Shown one piece after another: positions 1 through 15,500 of a stretch of DNA of 64,000 nt. The notes beneath the pieces are model-generated. The model did no database searches. It worked only from the letters and a program-made list of their open reading frames with translations, and had not been told where the DNA came from. A program made the position numbers and the translations under genes. Source of the stretch: Lama guanicoe (Eukaryota); contig MU053881.1 in the NCBI GenBank assembly GCA_013239625.1, positions 4,175,957 through 4,239,956 of the forward strand, read 5' to 3'. Within the stretch, counting starts at the first letter, position 1. Every line of letters starts with the position of its first letter.

Positions 1-3000
1 AAGCCCAGAGAGTTGGGTGGATCAGCGGATGGACGAAACAGTGAAAAGGCAACACCCCATGCTAGTAGGCCTGGCAGCTTCAGCTGGGTTTTTATTTTTG
101 TTTTGTGGCTTTGCTGTTGTTGCCTGTTTTGGGTAATAGCCCACAGACACCAGTTCTTTGAAAATTCCTAGCTTCTGACTTCCAGTTCTCCCCTACCTGC
201 TTTCTTTTCTGGTGTCCGTTTGCTTGACAGGAATGGTGAGTTTCAGTCCCTTTGCACTAATGCATCCCTTCCATTCTGGACTCTCCTCCCTGGCTGCTGT
301 CAGGGTCTAGCCCGCAGGTACCCCCAGGATCTTTCCCCGTGCACCTCTGCACCCTCCCACCTGAGCTTGCCCAAGCCATAGCCACTAGAGTCAGATTTTC
401 TGAACCCTGACTCAGGATGAACACTGAGGCGGTGCCAAAAGATGGGGGCCCTCTGCTCTATGCCAGGCACTCTGCTGAGAACTGGGAACATGTAGGTGGG
501 CCAGTGTGACCATACCCTCCAGGGACCAGTGGCTGGAGGGGGCTGAAGATGCAGGAGTAGCCAGCGACAGCAGCATTCAAGAACCCGTATGAGCTGCAGA
601 GCCCCGAGGAGGCACCAAACCCAGCTCAGGAGATCAGGGGCGGCGTCCCAGGGAAGGTGACCCTGCGGGGACAGTATAGCCAAGAAACTGGCTGGAAATT
701 CCTTGTCTAACCCACACTTTTGCAAGCGCCTCCAGAACAAGGATTTTGTCTTATGCATCTGTGTGTCTCCCAGCAACAGGCATTCAGCCCAGCCCAGAGC
801 CAATCTGATAAAGATGAAGAACAAAGGGCACAAAGAGCAGGAAGGGATGAAGTCAGGCAGGCCACAGCCTGGCAAGGACCACGGCAGGGCGGTATCGAGG
901 TGTGGCAGAGGGAGTGATGTCGGGCCACAGGGCTGGGTTCTTATTTGGTTCTGACACATCCTTGCTGTGTGGCCTCAGCAGACATCTCACTTCTTTGAGC
1001 ATCAGTTTCTTCATCCGTAAAATGGGATAATAATGAGTACTGAGTACACAAGGCTGCTGTTAGCCCAAAAAGTGGATATAAAGGTGTTTTTTAACAGGTA
1101 CTAGGATTACTTATGTTAAAGCTGATGTGTTGAGAGGTAGCTTGCCAGAAAAACATTGCGTACACTCCCCAGGAGGCAAAGAGATGGTTCCCGCCATGAC
1201 TGCAGAGGCCACCCATGGACCGTGACATTGAACTGGCTACACTTTGCACAGTTCCTCCCAGTTTTCCCAGTCACATTCCCAGGGGGAGGAAAGCCAGAAA
1301 AGGGAGGACCAGGTCTTTCTCAACCAACAGACAAAATACAGCTAATTAGGCAGGAAGCTAAGAACCCAGGACTAAGAACAGGAAGAGAACAAAATGCTTG
1401 TTCGCTGAGACCCACAGTGCTCCATGGGACGCTATGTGTCATATCAAGACTATGTCCCGGTTCATCGATGAGGAATCAGGAGGTCAGAGGGGTGACAGGC
1501 TGTGACCTGAGCTGCCCAGGCGCCTCTAGCCCCAAAGTCCAGCTGTTCCCTGGAACTCCTCTCATCAGCGTGGCCCAAACCACCTCCAAATGCGAGACTC
1601 AGTTCCTTCTCACAGGTGAGCCTGGGGACATCCCGGTGTGACAGCATGGCGGGACGCACCAGCAGCTTCCAAAACACCTGTGCCCTCTGTGGCGCCACCA
1701 CCTTCCACAGCAAATCAGCTTTGGGAGAACCTCCAGCTCCCGGGACTAAGAGAGAAGGAGGGGGCATCTGTCTGCGTGCTCCCATCTTCTCAGAGAAGGT
1801 AAGGGATGGTCTCTCAAGTCTGAGGCCCTTGGCAATGACTGCAGGAGCTTTCATGGTTGAAAACAACAAAAACAAAAATTCCACGCAATTCTCTCATTCT
1901 TTCTCAGTTCATCTCTCCTGGCCCTGCTCTCTCCTCCCATTCTCCCTCACAGTATAATTGTTATGAGCCGATCTCCCCGGGTCAGATTTGAGACACGAGA
2001 TCACAAGCTGTTCCTCCCCCGCGAAGGTGTTGGAATGAGGGAGGGAGCCCGGGGTGACTTCTGCAGTGGGCAGGATCCCGGAGGGGCGGCCCGGCCACTG
2101 TTGACCGGTGTCAGGCTCTGTAAGATGAGCTGGGAGTCCTCTGACTTCTAGTTCTGATTCTCTAGCCCAAATTTCCATCCTTTACTCCAGAACACTTACA
2201 TCCAAAAGTGACCAGACTGCCTTCTCCCCCATCTGCCCCCATGATCCCCAGGCACCTAGCACTCAATGTGTCTCCTGCCGCCCAGTCCCCCTGCCCCCTA
2301 CCTCAGTGAACGGCATCCCCGTGGCTCAGTCAGCCAAGCCGAACACCGAGGAGCCCCCTGACGCCACCTCCTCCAACCAGGAACCAGTCCTGTAAATTCC
2401 ACCTCGGTGCCAGCCCACCTGGACCACTGAGTCCAGCTGCAGCTGACGGCTCAGACCCTCGGGCTCGTCTTAATCGCCATCGCCGCCTCCTGCTTAGCGG
2501 CTACATCCACCTTCTCCCCCGTGCATCCTCCACGCGGCCCAGGGGGAGCTCTCTTTAAGGAAATGAAAAGCCAGGCTAATGAACGCTCACAGCTCTACAA
2601 AAGCAAACACATTTGCTGCATTCCTCCCTTTCTGCTCCAAGTAGCAGGGCCCTCCACCCACACCTGACAGTCAGGGCTGACAGACGGCTGCCCCCAAACC
2701 CCAAGACCCTTTCTTCCCAACACCCAGAACTGAGTCAGGCTGTGTGGGGGTGGGAGGGTTCCACAGTCCCCGCATCCTGACTCACTTCTGTTCTAACCGC
2801 TAGTTACCTACTGCAGGCAGCATGGATGAACAGAAAGGCGGGGGCCGCCTCTCAGCCTGGCTCTGCCACTTGCTAGCTGGGTGAGCAGGTCACATCACCG
2901 CTCTGGGCCATAGATCCCCCTGAAAAAATTAGGGGGTTAGCTTAGCTTCTCAGGGGCTCATTAAATATGATAAAATAGCCATGTCACCAAAAGTTGCCAA

Positions 3001-5142
3001 AGAAGAGAGAGAGGAAAAAAAAAAAAAACCAAACATAAGCCAACACCACTGCTGATAGCACAGCCACAGATGACATTTTGAGACATTTCTTTCCATATCC
3101 TTTTTCCCCTGTAAACCTGTGGCTTTTTTCCATAGTTCCAGTCACAGAAAACATACAATTTTCAGCTCTGCTTTTTTCACTCAACCTCCTCTGTGAAGCA
3201 TTTGCCCAAATTATTGCATGTCTTTCATAACCATCATTTAAAATGACTGCTAACTATGCAGTAATACTGTCAAAAACTGTAACACTCTATTTGGTAAATA
3301 AAAAGAGCAAATTTTTAAAATAGTTCTCATTGTTTTCCGATTATTGGAACAATTCATGCATGTGTAAAATTGGGAAAGTAATAAGGAAGATGCAAATACC
3401 TCTTAAACCCAAAATTTGAAGTAAACTAAATACTCTTCCCCAATAAGTCATTCTTAAAAAAACTGTTAAATGCATGTGGTCTGATCTGCGGAATCATAAG
3501 AAAGTTGTTGAAAATCTGGCACTGTTTCCAATACTTTGACCTTATAAACCACACTGCAATAGACATTCTTGTGTGTGAATTTGGGCATATTTCTGATGGT
3601 CTCTGCTGGCAGGAGTGCAGGTCAGCTTTATTCCCTGGCCTGGAGCCGATCCGTACCTTATGCACCAAGATACTCCCGCCCTCCCCTCGCAGCTCCCTGC
3701 TGGTCCTTGCAGATCGCTGCATCCAGCTCAGGCCAGGTCCACGTTCACCAGGCCCATGCTGTGTGTCAGACACTAAAGCTATGGCCAAAAATAAAAGCCA
3801 TCCTTGCCCTCAAAGAGAGGGTCAGCATCCAGGGAGATCCCACATTCTGGGGGATGTACACAGAGATGCCATATTCCGTCCCAGGTTCACACACCCAGCT
3901 GCTCTAACACAGATTTAGCAGAGAGAAACATAGAGACAGAAACAGACCAATATGTTTATCCATGTACATACTCTGTTTCTCAGATAACCAGCCAAGGGCT
4001 GTTTTCACTTCCAAAGCCCCCAGCCGCAGCTGACACAAAATAGCTACACGATCTAAGTCATGCACTTATCATGTACAGATCCAAGTGCGTTGCATGTACT
4101 CTGCACTTCATCCTGACAGTAACCTTCTATTATCTCCACTTGATACATGAGGTTTACTGACTTGCTTGTGGTCACATGGCTGGTTCGAGGTGGAAAGAGG
4201 ACTCAAACCCAGCCAGACTGCTCCCCCAGTATTCATCCACAGAACCACTGCCTCCCTGGTTGATTTTGCCTCCTAAATATCTTTCAGGTTTCTATCCACT
4301 CACTGTCCTCCTCTAAGCCACTACTGTTGTTTGTTTGTTTTTAACTCAGACAATTGCAATAGCCCAACAGTCTCCCCATACCCCTCTTGCCGACTGCACT
4401 CAGTCATGTAAAAACAATGTGCTGTTTTCAAAAACCAAATTTAATCGTGTCCTTCCTCTTCTTGAAGCCCTTAGCGGTTTCTTTCATGCTTCTAACATAA
4501 AACCCAATTACCCCAAAAAGCCTACGAGGCCTGGAACTGTCTGCCCTCTGCCCACCTCTCTTGCTTCATCTCTGCCTGCTCCCCTCGCCCCTCCTAGAGC
4601 CCAGTCTCACTGCCCTTATTATTATTCCATGTTGAGTCCAAGCTCCCTTCAACCCCAGGGTCTTTGCACAAGCTGTGCTCACCTCAGCCATCTAAAGTCC
4701 CAAGTGACCTCCCCAGGTACTTCCCTGAGGTTCCTCCTTACTTCCTCATGGAGCAGGCTTCACGGCTCCTCATGCAGCTTACACAGTGATATACATTCAC
4801 CAGTTCTCCTAGTGACCCCTCCGCCAAGAAACAGAAAGCCAACCGTCTGGTTTTTACTACTAAGAAGTCAACCTCTCTTTCCTTTTGTCTTTTTTGTATT
4901 TGTTGCAACCATCTGCTGTCTAAAATGTGAGTTTGTTTATACACTCTCATCCCTTTTCCTGGAGCTGGTGATGGAAAGGCAGAGAGACAGGGACAGGAGG
5001 AAAAAGGAGACAGGAGAGACACTTATCAACGATCAAATTGTCCAAACATCTCGGAGCAGGAGAGAGAGCAATACTCATCCTCAAGAGGCAGAGCTGTTGT
5101 GATTGGATTAGACTCAGTGACCCAGACCCAGTCTTCCTGTTA

Positions 5143-5253
<111 letters not shown>

Positions 5254-7660
5254 TCAACCAGCACTGTTAGCACAGGCAGAGGCTTGAAACGCTTCTCTGT
5301 TCCTTTTCTTTCTTCTGTAGAAACTAGAAGTTACTATACATCTCATAAAAGATCAGAAAACAAAGAACCTCATTTAAACACACACAAGAAAACAGAAAAT
5401 TCAGATTACCCGTAATACTTCCCTATTCTAACAGATACAACCGCCATAGGTGATGGTTTTGATCACACCTTTCCAGATGTTTTTATATGCATATATTATG
5501 TATATATATATTTGCTATTTATGCAAATTCAGATTTTTATGAAATGGATTCATATTTCATTCTTCCTTTATCACACAACACTATACTAACATTTTTTCCA
5601 TGTAGACAAATATACGATTTCATCTTGCCTTTTGATGTAGCGTATTTCATTTTGTGCACACGCCACAGTTGATCTAACCAGTCTCAACTGCTGAACGTTT
5701 AGTTGGGGTTATATAAACGGGTTATAATGAACATCTTGTACGTGCTTAATTCCAATTTGCTTTAGGGACTTCTGCAGAGAAAAACCTAAAGATCTATTGA
5801 AACTATTGTATCATCTTATTTTTCTGAAGTCTGAATATTTTGCAGAGGTGGTTAATATCTTTTCAAGATAAGCTGTCAACCTGCCAAGACATTTATGGAA
5901 CTCCATCCCACTATGTAGGCAAAGTGGAAGAAAGAAGAAACTTGACAGACAACAACTGCTTCTGAGTGCAAAGTGTCAAGGGGAACACAGAGGCTGTCTG
6001 AGCCTCAGGGCCTCACCTGTAAAACACGGACAGTAATCATAACCCCTATTCAACAAGGTTGTTTTGAGAGTTAAATGAGACGATCATGGGTAATATTTGG
6101 GGAATAATTTTTTATGTGTCAGAGCTAGATCAAGCTCTCCATGTACTTCATCTACATACCACTACTATTTCCATTCTCCTGAAAGGGAAACTGAAGCACA
6201 GAGATGCCAAGTCACTTGTCCAAGGTCACACAGCTAAAAGAAAGCAAACTTCTAACCATGATTATCCATCTCATTAGAGCTCACATTAACCAAATCTTCA
6301 TTGAAAAACTCTCATCATGTTTTCCTAGAGACAATAGTCAAGTATATTGACTCCTGTAAGAATTCTTCTATGAAGAATGTTCTTTAAAGCCTTTGAGGCA
6401 CACCATTGACAAAATACAGCTCAAAAAAGGGAAGAGTAGGGAAGGAACTACTACTGTTGAACATCTACTGTGTGCCACTTCCATATGCTGGCCAGGGAGG
6501 CCCAGCCCACATAGAACACCTCTCCCCACCCCCGACATCTAAACTCAGCTGCAGGTGTAAATTCGCCGTTGCGCTCCAGCCACCTTTGTAGTCTGCTCCC
6601 CTAAACAGCAAAAAGTGAGCCAAACAAAGAAATGATACAGCCAAACAAGGATGAGGGCTTTGGGGAGGAGTGCAGTAGGAGAATGTTCTGGTCTTCTTAC
6701 TTTTTTTCTACCTCCTGTCCCAAAGAATAGGAAAGCAGATGTCTCTTTGCCATAAGGAATCAAAATGACCCTCATGCTTTGAAAATTTGCTATACAGCAG
6801 ACACTGAGCATTCGGCATGCATTATCTCACTTAATTCTGTGCTGTAGGGCAGATACCAATACTGTCCGTATCGTAAGGAGATAAAGGAATGTGCTCTGGT
6901 TCGAATCCCGGCTCCAGCACTAAGCCTTCCATGTCTCGGTTTTCTCATCTATTAAATGGGTAAATAACTATAACTCCCTGGTTGGGTTGTTGGCAGGCTT
7001 AAACGCGTTAATTCACGTTAAGCACTCAGACCACTCATTCAGTAACAACTGCTTTTTTGAACGTTGCCTCTGGGTGCTGCCAGATGTTCCTGCATAAATG
7101 TCTGAGCAGATGTGGAATGGGCCTGGCTTGCACCTGTCAGCCTTCAGGTCCTCCCTACCCAACCATTCTCAAGAATAAAGCTGTTCAAGCTTGGTCTGAA
7201 AAAAGTGGAGAAGGGATTTGAAGAGTGAATAGAAGTTTCCTGGGTGAACAAGCCAAAGTAAGACACTTTCTATAAAGTGAACCACATGGTTAAAGAAACA
7301 AAAGCGTGAAACAGCGTATAGTCTATGTGCTTTGCTGTTTTGGTGTCACATGAACTTCGATGTGTAAGTGAGAAATGAAAGCATATAAATATAAGAGCAA
7401 ATGCTAAAAAAAAGCACAGCTTATAGGCTAGGTGTTTCTCTTATTAGGAACTCACAATGTTCTCGGAAGGGCCAAATGAAATAACATATGTGCAGGTGCT
7501 TTGTGAACTCAAAATACATTCTGCAACTTCTAATGATTTAAAATATTTGGAAGAAGAAATTTTTTAAAATCTATTTTTATATATAGCAGCTAAGATTTGT
7601 AAATCTCAAACCCCCAAATTTACCCCTTCCCGCCAAAAAACAAAAGTTCCTTCTGAATAT

Positions 7661-7806
7661 CACAGGGAACTATGTTTAGTGTATTGCAATAACCTTTAAC
7701 AAAAAAATATGAAAACAAATATATGTATGTATATGCATGACTGGGACATTGTGCTGCACACCAGAAATTGACACACTGTAATTGACCGTATTTCAATTAA
7801 AAAAAT
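7661..7806 (+). mobile_element. 5'-truncated young L1 3' end
   Basis: CAGGGAACTAT...GCATGACTGGGACATTGTGCTG...CCAGAAATTGACAC...TTTCAATTAAAAAAA; highly similar to the copy at 40183-40330. Confidence 0.8.
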
Positions 7807-8087
7807 ACAGTTGGGATATTACTAGATCAACTGGCAGGTTATGAAGCATATAGAAAATTTCATTGTCTGATCATTTCCCTGAATCCACAGTTTTAGAAAT
7901 ATTCACAAACTGGAAATTATAATTTCTTCTCCTAATTCCCCGTGTTGTATGTGCGTATATATCTGATGTCTGTATGTATATGTAAGTACATTATAATACA
8001 TCTCAGAATCTATTTCTAAGCGTAGTGAATTCCCTGATCATGGGCCTTGTGACCCATAAGCCTTGGGGCAATAATTCCCTTTGCCTT

Positions 8088-8650
8088 TTATGGCAGACAG
8101 TGTTCTATGATGGTCCCCAAGCTTCCCACACCATACCCTCCCCCCAGTACATGCACTGTGTCATCTCCTCCATCAAGGTAGTGAACAGGACCTGTGACTA
8201 TGATGGCAGTCACTCCCATGAGTATGTCATGCTATATAGCACTCCATCACAGCAGACGGGAGAGAGATTCTCCTGCTCGCCTTGAAGAATTCAGCATGTT
8301 GTGGGAGGGCCATGCAGCTGAGGGTGGCCTCTGGGAGCTGAAAATGATCCTGGTCAACAACCCAGGTCACTCCAAAAAACAAAAAAGGTGGGGGGGACTT
8401 CAGTCCTACAACCACAAGGAACTGAATTCTGCCAAGAACATGAACGAGCTTGGAAAAGGACCCCAAGCACCAGATGAGAATGCGGCCCAGCTGACACCTT
8501 GATTTCAGACCCATGAGACCCTGAGCCGAGAACCCATTTAAACTGCGCTTGGACTTCTGACCTATAAAAACTGTGAGATAATAAAATTGTGCTGTTTTGA
8601 GCCACTAAAATTTTGGTAATTTGTTACAAAGCAACAGAAAACGAATATGC
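8088..8650 (+). mobile_element. MaLR MLT1-family solo LTR
   Basis: CAGTCCTACAACCACAAGGAACTGAATTCTGCCAA...CAGATGAGAATGCGGCCCAGCTGACACCTTGATTTCAG...TTTTGAGCCACTAAAATTTTGGTAATTTGTTACAAAGCAACAGAAAAC. Confidence 0.82.
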
Positions 8651-8989
8651 CTTCCACCATGCCACATCCTTCTCAACCACCTCTTAGCTTGATCCCCTCG
8701 TTTCTAGATCCTTAGCCATCAGACTGGTCTCAGGCATTCCCACATTGAATGTTAAGAAGCACTTGCTTCTTAGCCTTTCCCTCTGCTCCTCTATGTTTAC
8801 AAACATCTTTCCCAAAGTTTCTCAAAGAGCTCTAAACCATGAACACCACTCCACGTAGATTTAAAAGACCCCACGCAGTAGCCAACATGCTGAGACAGGA
8901 GACAGAACTAAGCAAACATTACTGTTGGGATGAGACAATGAATGACCACTACAGGTAATATCATTCTCGTTGTCATAATAAATATTTTG

Positions 8990-9598
8990 TCGTTGCTTCT
9001 CTAGCAGCTACTTCCTTTTTCATTCAAAAGCCCCCCAGTGTTCCTTTCAAGAACTCACCCCTGTCCCAGGTGGCAGCCACGTCGTTTGGCAGAAGTGATG
9101 CCTCCCTGGATGTCAGGGCTGGTCCCTAATTAGGTGCGAGCCCATCAGAGTGTGCTCTTCTATTGGTCACAGAACTTGACTGGCTCCGAGATGGGCAAGT
9201 TACCCAATTTGGATCAATGAGATATGAGGCAATACTGACCGGGGACTTTGGGGAAGAAGCCTCTTTGCTCTTTCTGAGGGTTCCCCAAAGAGCATGCCCG
9301 TCCTCTGGATGGGGTGGTGAGGACTTAGTTCTGAAACTGCTGGAGAGATTGCTGCTACTATGAGGAGGAGCCAGGATGAGGTCAGAGGTGGTGTACAAAA
9401 GGGGGCAGAGCCAGGAGGAACTCAGAGAAACGGAGATGATACATCCAGATGACATCGTGCCTTCTGGATCACACCTCACCTGAAGCCAGGCCCACCCTGG
9501 AACCTGCAGTCATGGGGGCAAATATATACTCTTCGGGCCTTAATCCACTTTGGGTTGGGTTTTCTGGTACTTGAGGTGAAAAGCTTTCTATCTGATAC
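8990..9598 (+). mobile_element. Older MLT1-like LTR
   Basis: CCTGAAGCCAGGCCCACCCTGGAACCTGCAGTCATG...TTGGGTTGGGTTTCTGGTACTTG...CTGATACA 3' motif. Confidence 0.55.
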
Positions 9599-12500
9599 AA
9601 ATGTGTTCCAAGAAAAATGAACCGAAAAGCTATTAGAATTTAGCAAGACAGCCAAAAACTAAATAACAAAACCAATAGCTTTTCTTGGCATCTGCAAAAA
9701 AATCACCTCAAAAAGTGACGGGCCCACCAAAAGATACACACAAAAATGTTCAAGGCCACTTTTTCCATAATAGCCCCAAATTGAGAACAATCCGAATGTC
9801 CGTTACCAGGAGAATGGACAAACTGTGATTTATTCGCAAAATGGAACGCTACATAGCAACACCACACGGGCATGGGTGAGTCCCACAGACATCACACTGA
9901 ACTAAAGAAATCTGACTCAAAAAAGGTTTCTTTTTTAATATCTTGTGTGACTTCACTTGTGTCAGCATATGACATATATGTAATTTATACGTTATAGATA
10001 CATCTCTTTTTTAACATCCCGTTTACTGTTCGCAGTAACAGAAGGGGCACTGAGTTCAGGCAGAGCTGTGGTCAGAGCCCTTCTTCAGATCCATGTCCTG
10101 CTTCGCCCTGAACCCCTCTGAGACGTCACTTACGCCCTGAGTGACTTTCTAATGAAAACCCTTCTCTGGGCTTCCGCACACGCCCCTAACCACCGAGTTC
10201 TAACACAGGCCAGCAGACAGGTGGGTACCTGACCCCTTGTCCATCCTCTGTCCTCTGCTTCCCTCTTTAGCTAAGTGACATTTTCTCCCAAGGCAACCCA
10301 GGTAACAGTTTGCCTTTACCCCTAAGGAAGTATTAGCTTGTTAGAAGCCCATCTCCACGTCAAAAGCAGGTCTCTGCCCATCTGCCTGGAACAAATGGGC
10401 AGCCCTCTAGCCTTGTCTCCTTTGACCTCTGAGTAGCATCTGACAGGTGTGCTCCTCACTCACTCCTCCTTAAAGGTCCTCCTCCCGGGTCCACGGTCCT
10501 CTCCCTGCTCACTGACCAGCCGGCCTCTGTTCCTCTTCCTCCCCCTCTGCCTGACCTCCCGGTGTTAGAATCCCTCAGGGCCAGGTCATGGGCACTCTTC
10601 CTTCCTACCAGTCCCGCCTGAGTGTTCTTAGCCCCATCACTTCCAATCTTTATGCTCATAGCTCTCAAGTTTACATCTCCCATTTCGGACCCCACTCTGC
10701 ACTCAGATTACCTCCCTGGACATTTGCCCTTGGATGGACACACCTAAATTTACCACGGCCACAGCGAAGCTCTTGGGTTCCCCAACCACCTTCCCCATGT
10801 AATCCGCAGCTAAGAAAACATTAGCGTGATCCACGCCATGGCTCATGTCAAGTCATACACAGGAATCTCCCATGATCCCTCCCTTCCCTTCTGTCTCCAA
10901 ATCCATTCCATCACCAGTTCCTGCTTCCTCAAAAATGTATCTCAAATAAACCCATTTGTTATGCTACCACCAGCCTAATCCACAGCACTGCGTGCAATTT
11001 GGCTCTGACCAGCTTCCTTGTCTCCACTCTTGCCTCCCCAAATACACAGACAAGAGCCTTCTGGACTGAGAGAGCTTTATATAAAAGCAAACATTCAGAA
11101 GACACCCAGGTGGCTGGACCTGGGAGAACCACTGAGAGGTGGTTTTCAGCAACCAGAGAAGAGAGCAGGTGAAGTGAGGGGCAGACAGAAGCTCTGAATG
11201 CCACAGCTAGCATCCTGAAGGTGAACTTGAGGGCAGTGAGGAGCTGAGGAAGGATTATAAGCCAGAGAATGGCTTTCCAGGCATGCATTACAGGCGGAGG
11301 AGAAGCCTCTGCCACTGTGACGATACAAGGCAGAGATGGGAGAGAGCAGGAAAGATCCAGCCCTCCAGTTACTGGAATCTACCAGCTATTGGGCATGCCA
11401 TGATGCATGGTGTGCTGTTCCCGAGGACTGGAGCCAGAAACAGTTCCCTTCTATAAAGGGAGATAGAGTAACAGTCACTTTTTTCAGTACTATGAACGGG
11501 AAAGCATAAGAAATGTTAGCCAATCATTATTAACTGTACCTTGGAGGAATCAAGTCTAATCAAGCTTGCATAAGCAAAGCAAGAGAGAGAAGAGAAAATA
11601 CATTTGCAAAGAAAGGCTCTATTTTCTACAGTTGAAGAAAAAAAAAAAAAGAGCCCTGAACAACTTGATTAATAACAGAAATGGGAGGACAAGGAGGAGA
11701 GAGGGGAGGAAAAATTCTTTCTACTCTTGTCATTATTAAAAGTGGGGTTTTAGAGGTACTTAGAAGGATGAAATTCCAGGCTTTCAACTATCATTGTAGA
11801 TTTGGGCAAAGAAATTAATTTGTTTTCTTTTCATATTTATATGTCAGTCTCCATTGTCCTGCTGGCTGCTGATATGAAGAACACAATTTAACATAATTGG
11901 CATTGTGAAAATGAGATAAATTATTCATCCTGAAAGGACCCCTCGTCTGGATGTATTTCCCCCTTCGCCGGCAAGGCCAGATAATACATGGTGGTTCAGA
12001 TGGCGCAAAGTACAGATCATAAAAATTTAAAATACTACTTCCCAGGATTATCAATAATGAAGAGGTTCCCACATGGAGAGGCCCCAGGATTGGCAGAAAC
12101 AATAAATAAAAGTGCAGAAGCACTGACGGGGAGCATGACTGTATTTTTATGAGCTGGACCTACACAGGCCAAAAATAGATTGAAGCTGCACCCTCCAGCT
12201 CACGCCTGCAGCAGAGAGAGAAGTTCTGAGCAGGATAACGAACAGCGAACCACTGAGCACCTACTGTGTGCCAGACACTGTGCTACGGGCCCTGCTGAGG
12301 CGCACTCAGTTGATTCTCATAACCCCCCTGACAGCATTCTCACCAACCTTCACATCTCTCTTGTAAAATCTTTATTTTCCCCACTTTTCAGACGAGGAAA
12401 TTTTGCCCCAGAGAGTTCAGTCCCTTGCCGTTGATCACGTGACTAGTAGGTGGTCGAGCTGGTTATCAAACTCAAGAACAGCATGCTCTTTTCCATCCAT

Positions 12501-15500
12501 CACATTTTTTTTTACAAGTACCCGCTGTGGGCCTGGCACTGTGCTGAAAGCTTTACATCCTCTATCTCAGCAAATCCTCTCAGCGCTCTGAGGGAGGGCT
12601 GATTGTCCCCATTTCACAGATGAGGAACCTGAGTCTCGGGGAGCAGAAATGCCCTTCACAATATAACCCTCATATAACCACTAAGAGGCAGAGGCAAGGC
12701 TTGGGCCTGGGCTTCCGGCTCAGATCCAGGTGCCGCGGAAAGGTCGTCATCATTCAAGGACTGGAGGGCTCAGGCTCTGATCCTGTGGCACCTGAGGCTG
12801 CGTAAATGCGACTGAATGAACAAACGGGTGAATCCCACGTCTAAAGTGACCAGATGAGGCCGGCCTGAGAACCCAGCTGGGAGCCTTCTCCCATTTTCTC
12901 CCTCACTCCTCAACCCATACGCCAAGCCTTTGAGTCTGAGTCTTTCCCTGGGCCCTTGAAGTTTAAAACGGGGCCCAGAACACAAGGTAAAATGTCAGTG
13001 CTCAAAGCACATTAGTGGCAGTGTTGTCCAATCTCAGCAGTTCATAGATGGGGGCAGAGAAGCCCAGAAAGGGGAAGGGATTTGCTGCGGGCCACACAGC
13101 AAGGCTGCGTCAGAAACAGGACTCCAAGTGTGGGGCTCTGTCTGTGGGATCAAGTCTCTTTTCCTTGCTGGGCCTCTGTTTTCTCAGGGCAGAACAGAAG
13201 GTTGGCTGGTGTGGCCTTAAATGACCAGCCAGCCCACTAAGTCTGTGGCTCTCCAAATCTGTGGCAAGACACAGACCTGGGCGAGATGAGGGGCTCTCCA
13301 CGGGGTCCTTCAGGGACTTCCAGGGCCTTCCACTCCGAGCAGAGGCTAGCTGCCCGGGCTGGAGTCACCACAGTGAGGCCCACAGCTCGGCCACTCAGCC
13401 CTGTCCTCTCCAGTGCAGGGACCCAGGCCAGTGCACTGCCCAACCCTTCTTGCGGCCTGGGGCCAGCCCCTGTGCATCCCACGGGAAAAAAAATCCTGAC
13501 TCTGGGACTGAATTGATAATGATAACCACCACCACCATAATAACAGCCTCGCATTAAACATCTCTGTGCCGGCGCGGTGATAAACAGTCGGCGTGCATTT
13601 TCTCGTATCGTCCCTGAAACAATTCTTAGAGGAAGATGTTATTGTCCTCTTAACAAAGAGAAGACAAAGGGACAGAGTGGTTAATAAACTGGCCCAGGAT
13701 CACACAGCAAGTAGGTGGCAGAGTTAGGATTCGAAGTCAAACTGCATTGCTCCAATGCATGTGCGTCTCCCCAGGCCCGCCTCCACCTGCAGGGGCACTG
13801 GCTCGCTCCACAGTGGTCCCTCCGCGTGTGAACGTGAGCCAGTAAGACATTTCAGCTCCCCGAGGCTGTTTTACCATCGGTGAAATGGAGGTGATTTTTT
13901 TAAAAATAGAAAATTCGATTCATGCTCATGTGAAAAAAAAAAGTATGAAAACTACAGAATAAAAGTCTTCAAACGGGCCCCAACCACCCCATCTATACTC
14001 CCTAACCATTGAACAGTTTCTCGTGTGTCTTTTCAAAACTGTCTTATGAATTATAGTGAAGCATACACACATTTCCACACATGGGGTCACTCCATATCAT
14101 GCTCTTTAAAGCTGTTTTAATGGAGTAATGTGTCTGTTGCTTTTCCCACATTAGCACAGGCACAAAGAAATCTGCCCTGTCCTCGTAATAATCACTTACT
14201 GTTCCACATCCCTGCACCAGCGTTTACTTAACCACTCCAATCTCACGGAACATTCCAGTTGTCCCCACTATATACCTGTATATACACATATATACATATG
14301 TATATGCCTTTGCATACTTGAAAAAATATACTCAGAGGATAAACTCCTGCCAGTAGCAAGCATACCAATCAAATGGGATACACAGCTTAAATTTTATAAA
14401 CCATGTCCAAATGCCCTCTTAAAAAACAAATCAAATCATATAACCAACCAGAGTGTAATGAGATCTGCTTTTTCCTCAGTATTAGCAACACTAGGCATTA
14501 TCCAAAAAAAATTTTGCCAATCCGATAGGTAAAACATTGTGTTTCATTTAAAATTATATTTTTAAACTACAAAGAAATTGTAATATGCTTATTGGTCATT
14601 TTCAGTCTATTTTGCTGGAATCACCCAGAGCCTTTGCCCCAGTTCAGGGTGATTTATAATCTGTCTCTTGAGAGTTTCTGGAGAGCAGAACAAGGGGGCA
14701 TTGGGAGCCTGGAATCCGCAAAGATGTGCATCCTGTCCTCCCCGGGGAAAGGCTGACGGCTCTCTGATCCTGGGTGTCTGGGAGAAAGAGAAACCCTCTG
14801 GCAAAGCCACGAGAAAGACCAAGAAGGCAAGCAGGACTCAGTGACAGGAGAAGCATCTCCTTTGCCCAACATCCTTCAAGGTCCTCCCTGGTGGACCCCT
14901 GCACCCCCACCCTTGAAACCCCATCCTTCTCAGTATGTTTCACGCTTACAGTCATCCTCCAAAAACGTCACCTTCAGGAGAAACATTCTGAGAGTCCTTT
15001 GAAAGACAGGAAACTCTATCAGTGAGCATCGTCTTGGTGCTGTTAGACAATTTTCATTTTTTCCTCACAGTAACCCTGTTAGGTAGATATTATGCACACG
15101 TTACAAAAAAAAAAAAAGTTCAGCCATGCCAAGCAACTTGCCTAAAGCCACACAGGAAGTAAATAGCTTAGCCACAATTCGAACCCAAGTCTCTAGGACT
15201 ACAAAGCGCGAGTAGTCTATTACAAAAAGTTCAAAGTGTGCCAATCATCAATAATTGATCTCTTAGTGTCTGCATTCCTTTCCTCCCACAAACAGGTGAG
15301 CCAACCTCCCCTAGGACGTGCAAAGACTTAGTCATCAGTAGGGAGGGAAAGGACGGTTGCCTTGGCAGCTGGCTCGCTGAATATGTGAGTCGTCTGGGGC
15401 TTTGCCAAGGTGGGGCTGTGCCTGTCTGTGGCTTGCTTTCTGCGGGCCGGCCATCCCTCAGCTGGCACTTCCCAGCGCACGTGCGTGCGGATCTCGGCTG

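Noticed and set aside
300..959. 219-aa minus-strand ORF
   Set aside because: No recognisable protein similarity; lies in NSG2 intron 3 in GC-rich DNA where chance ORFs are common. It does not contain the expected downstream NSG2 peptide.
4335..5102. 255-aa plus-strand ORF
   Set aside because: Non-ATG start, antisense to NSG2, overlaps degenerate L2-like sequence, Ser/Pro/Leu-rich composition typical of non-coding DNA.
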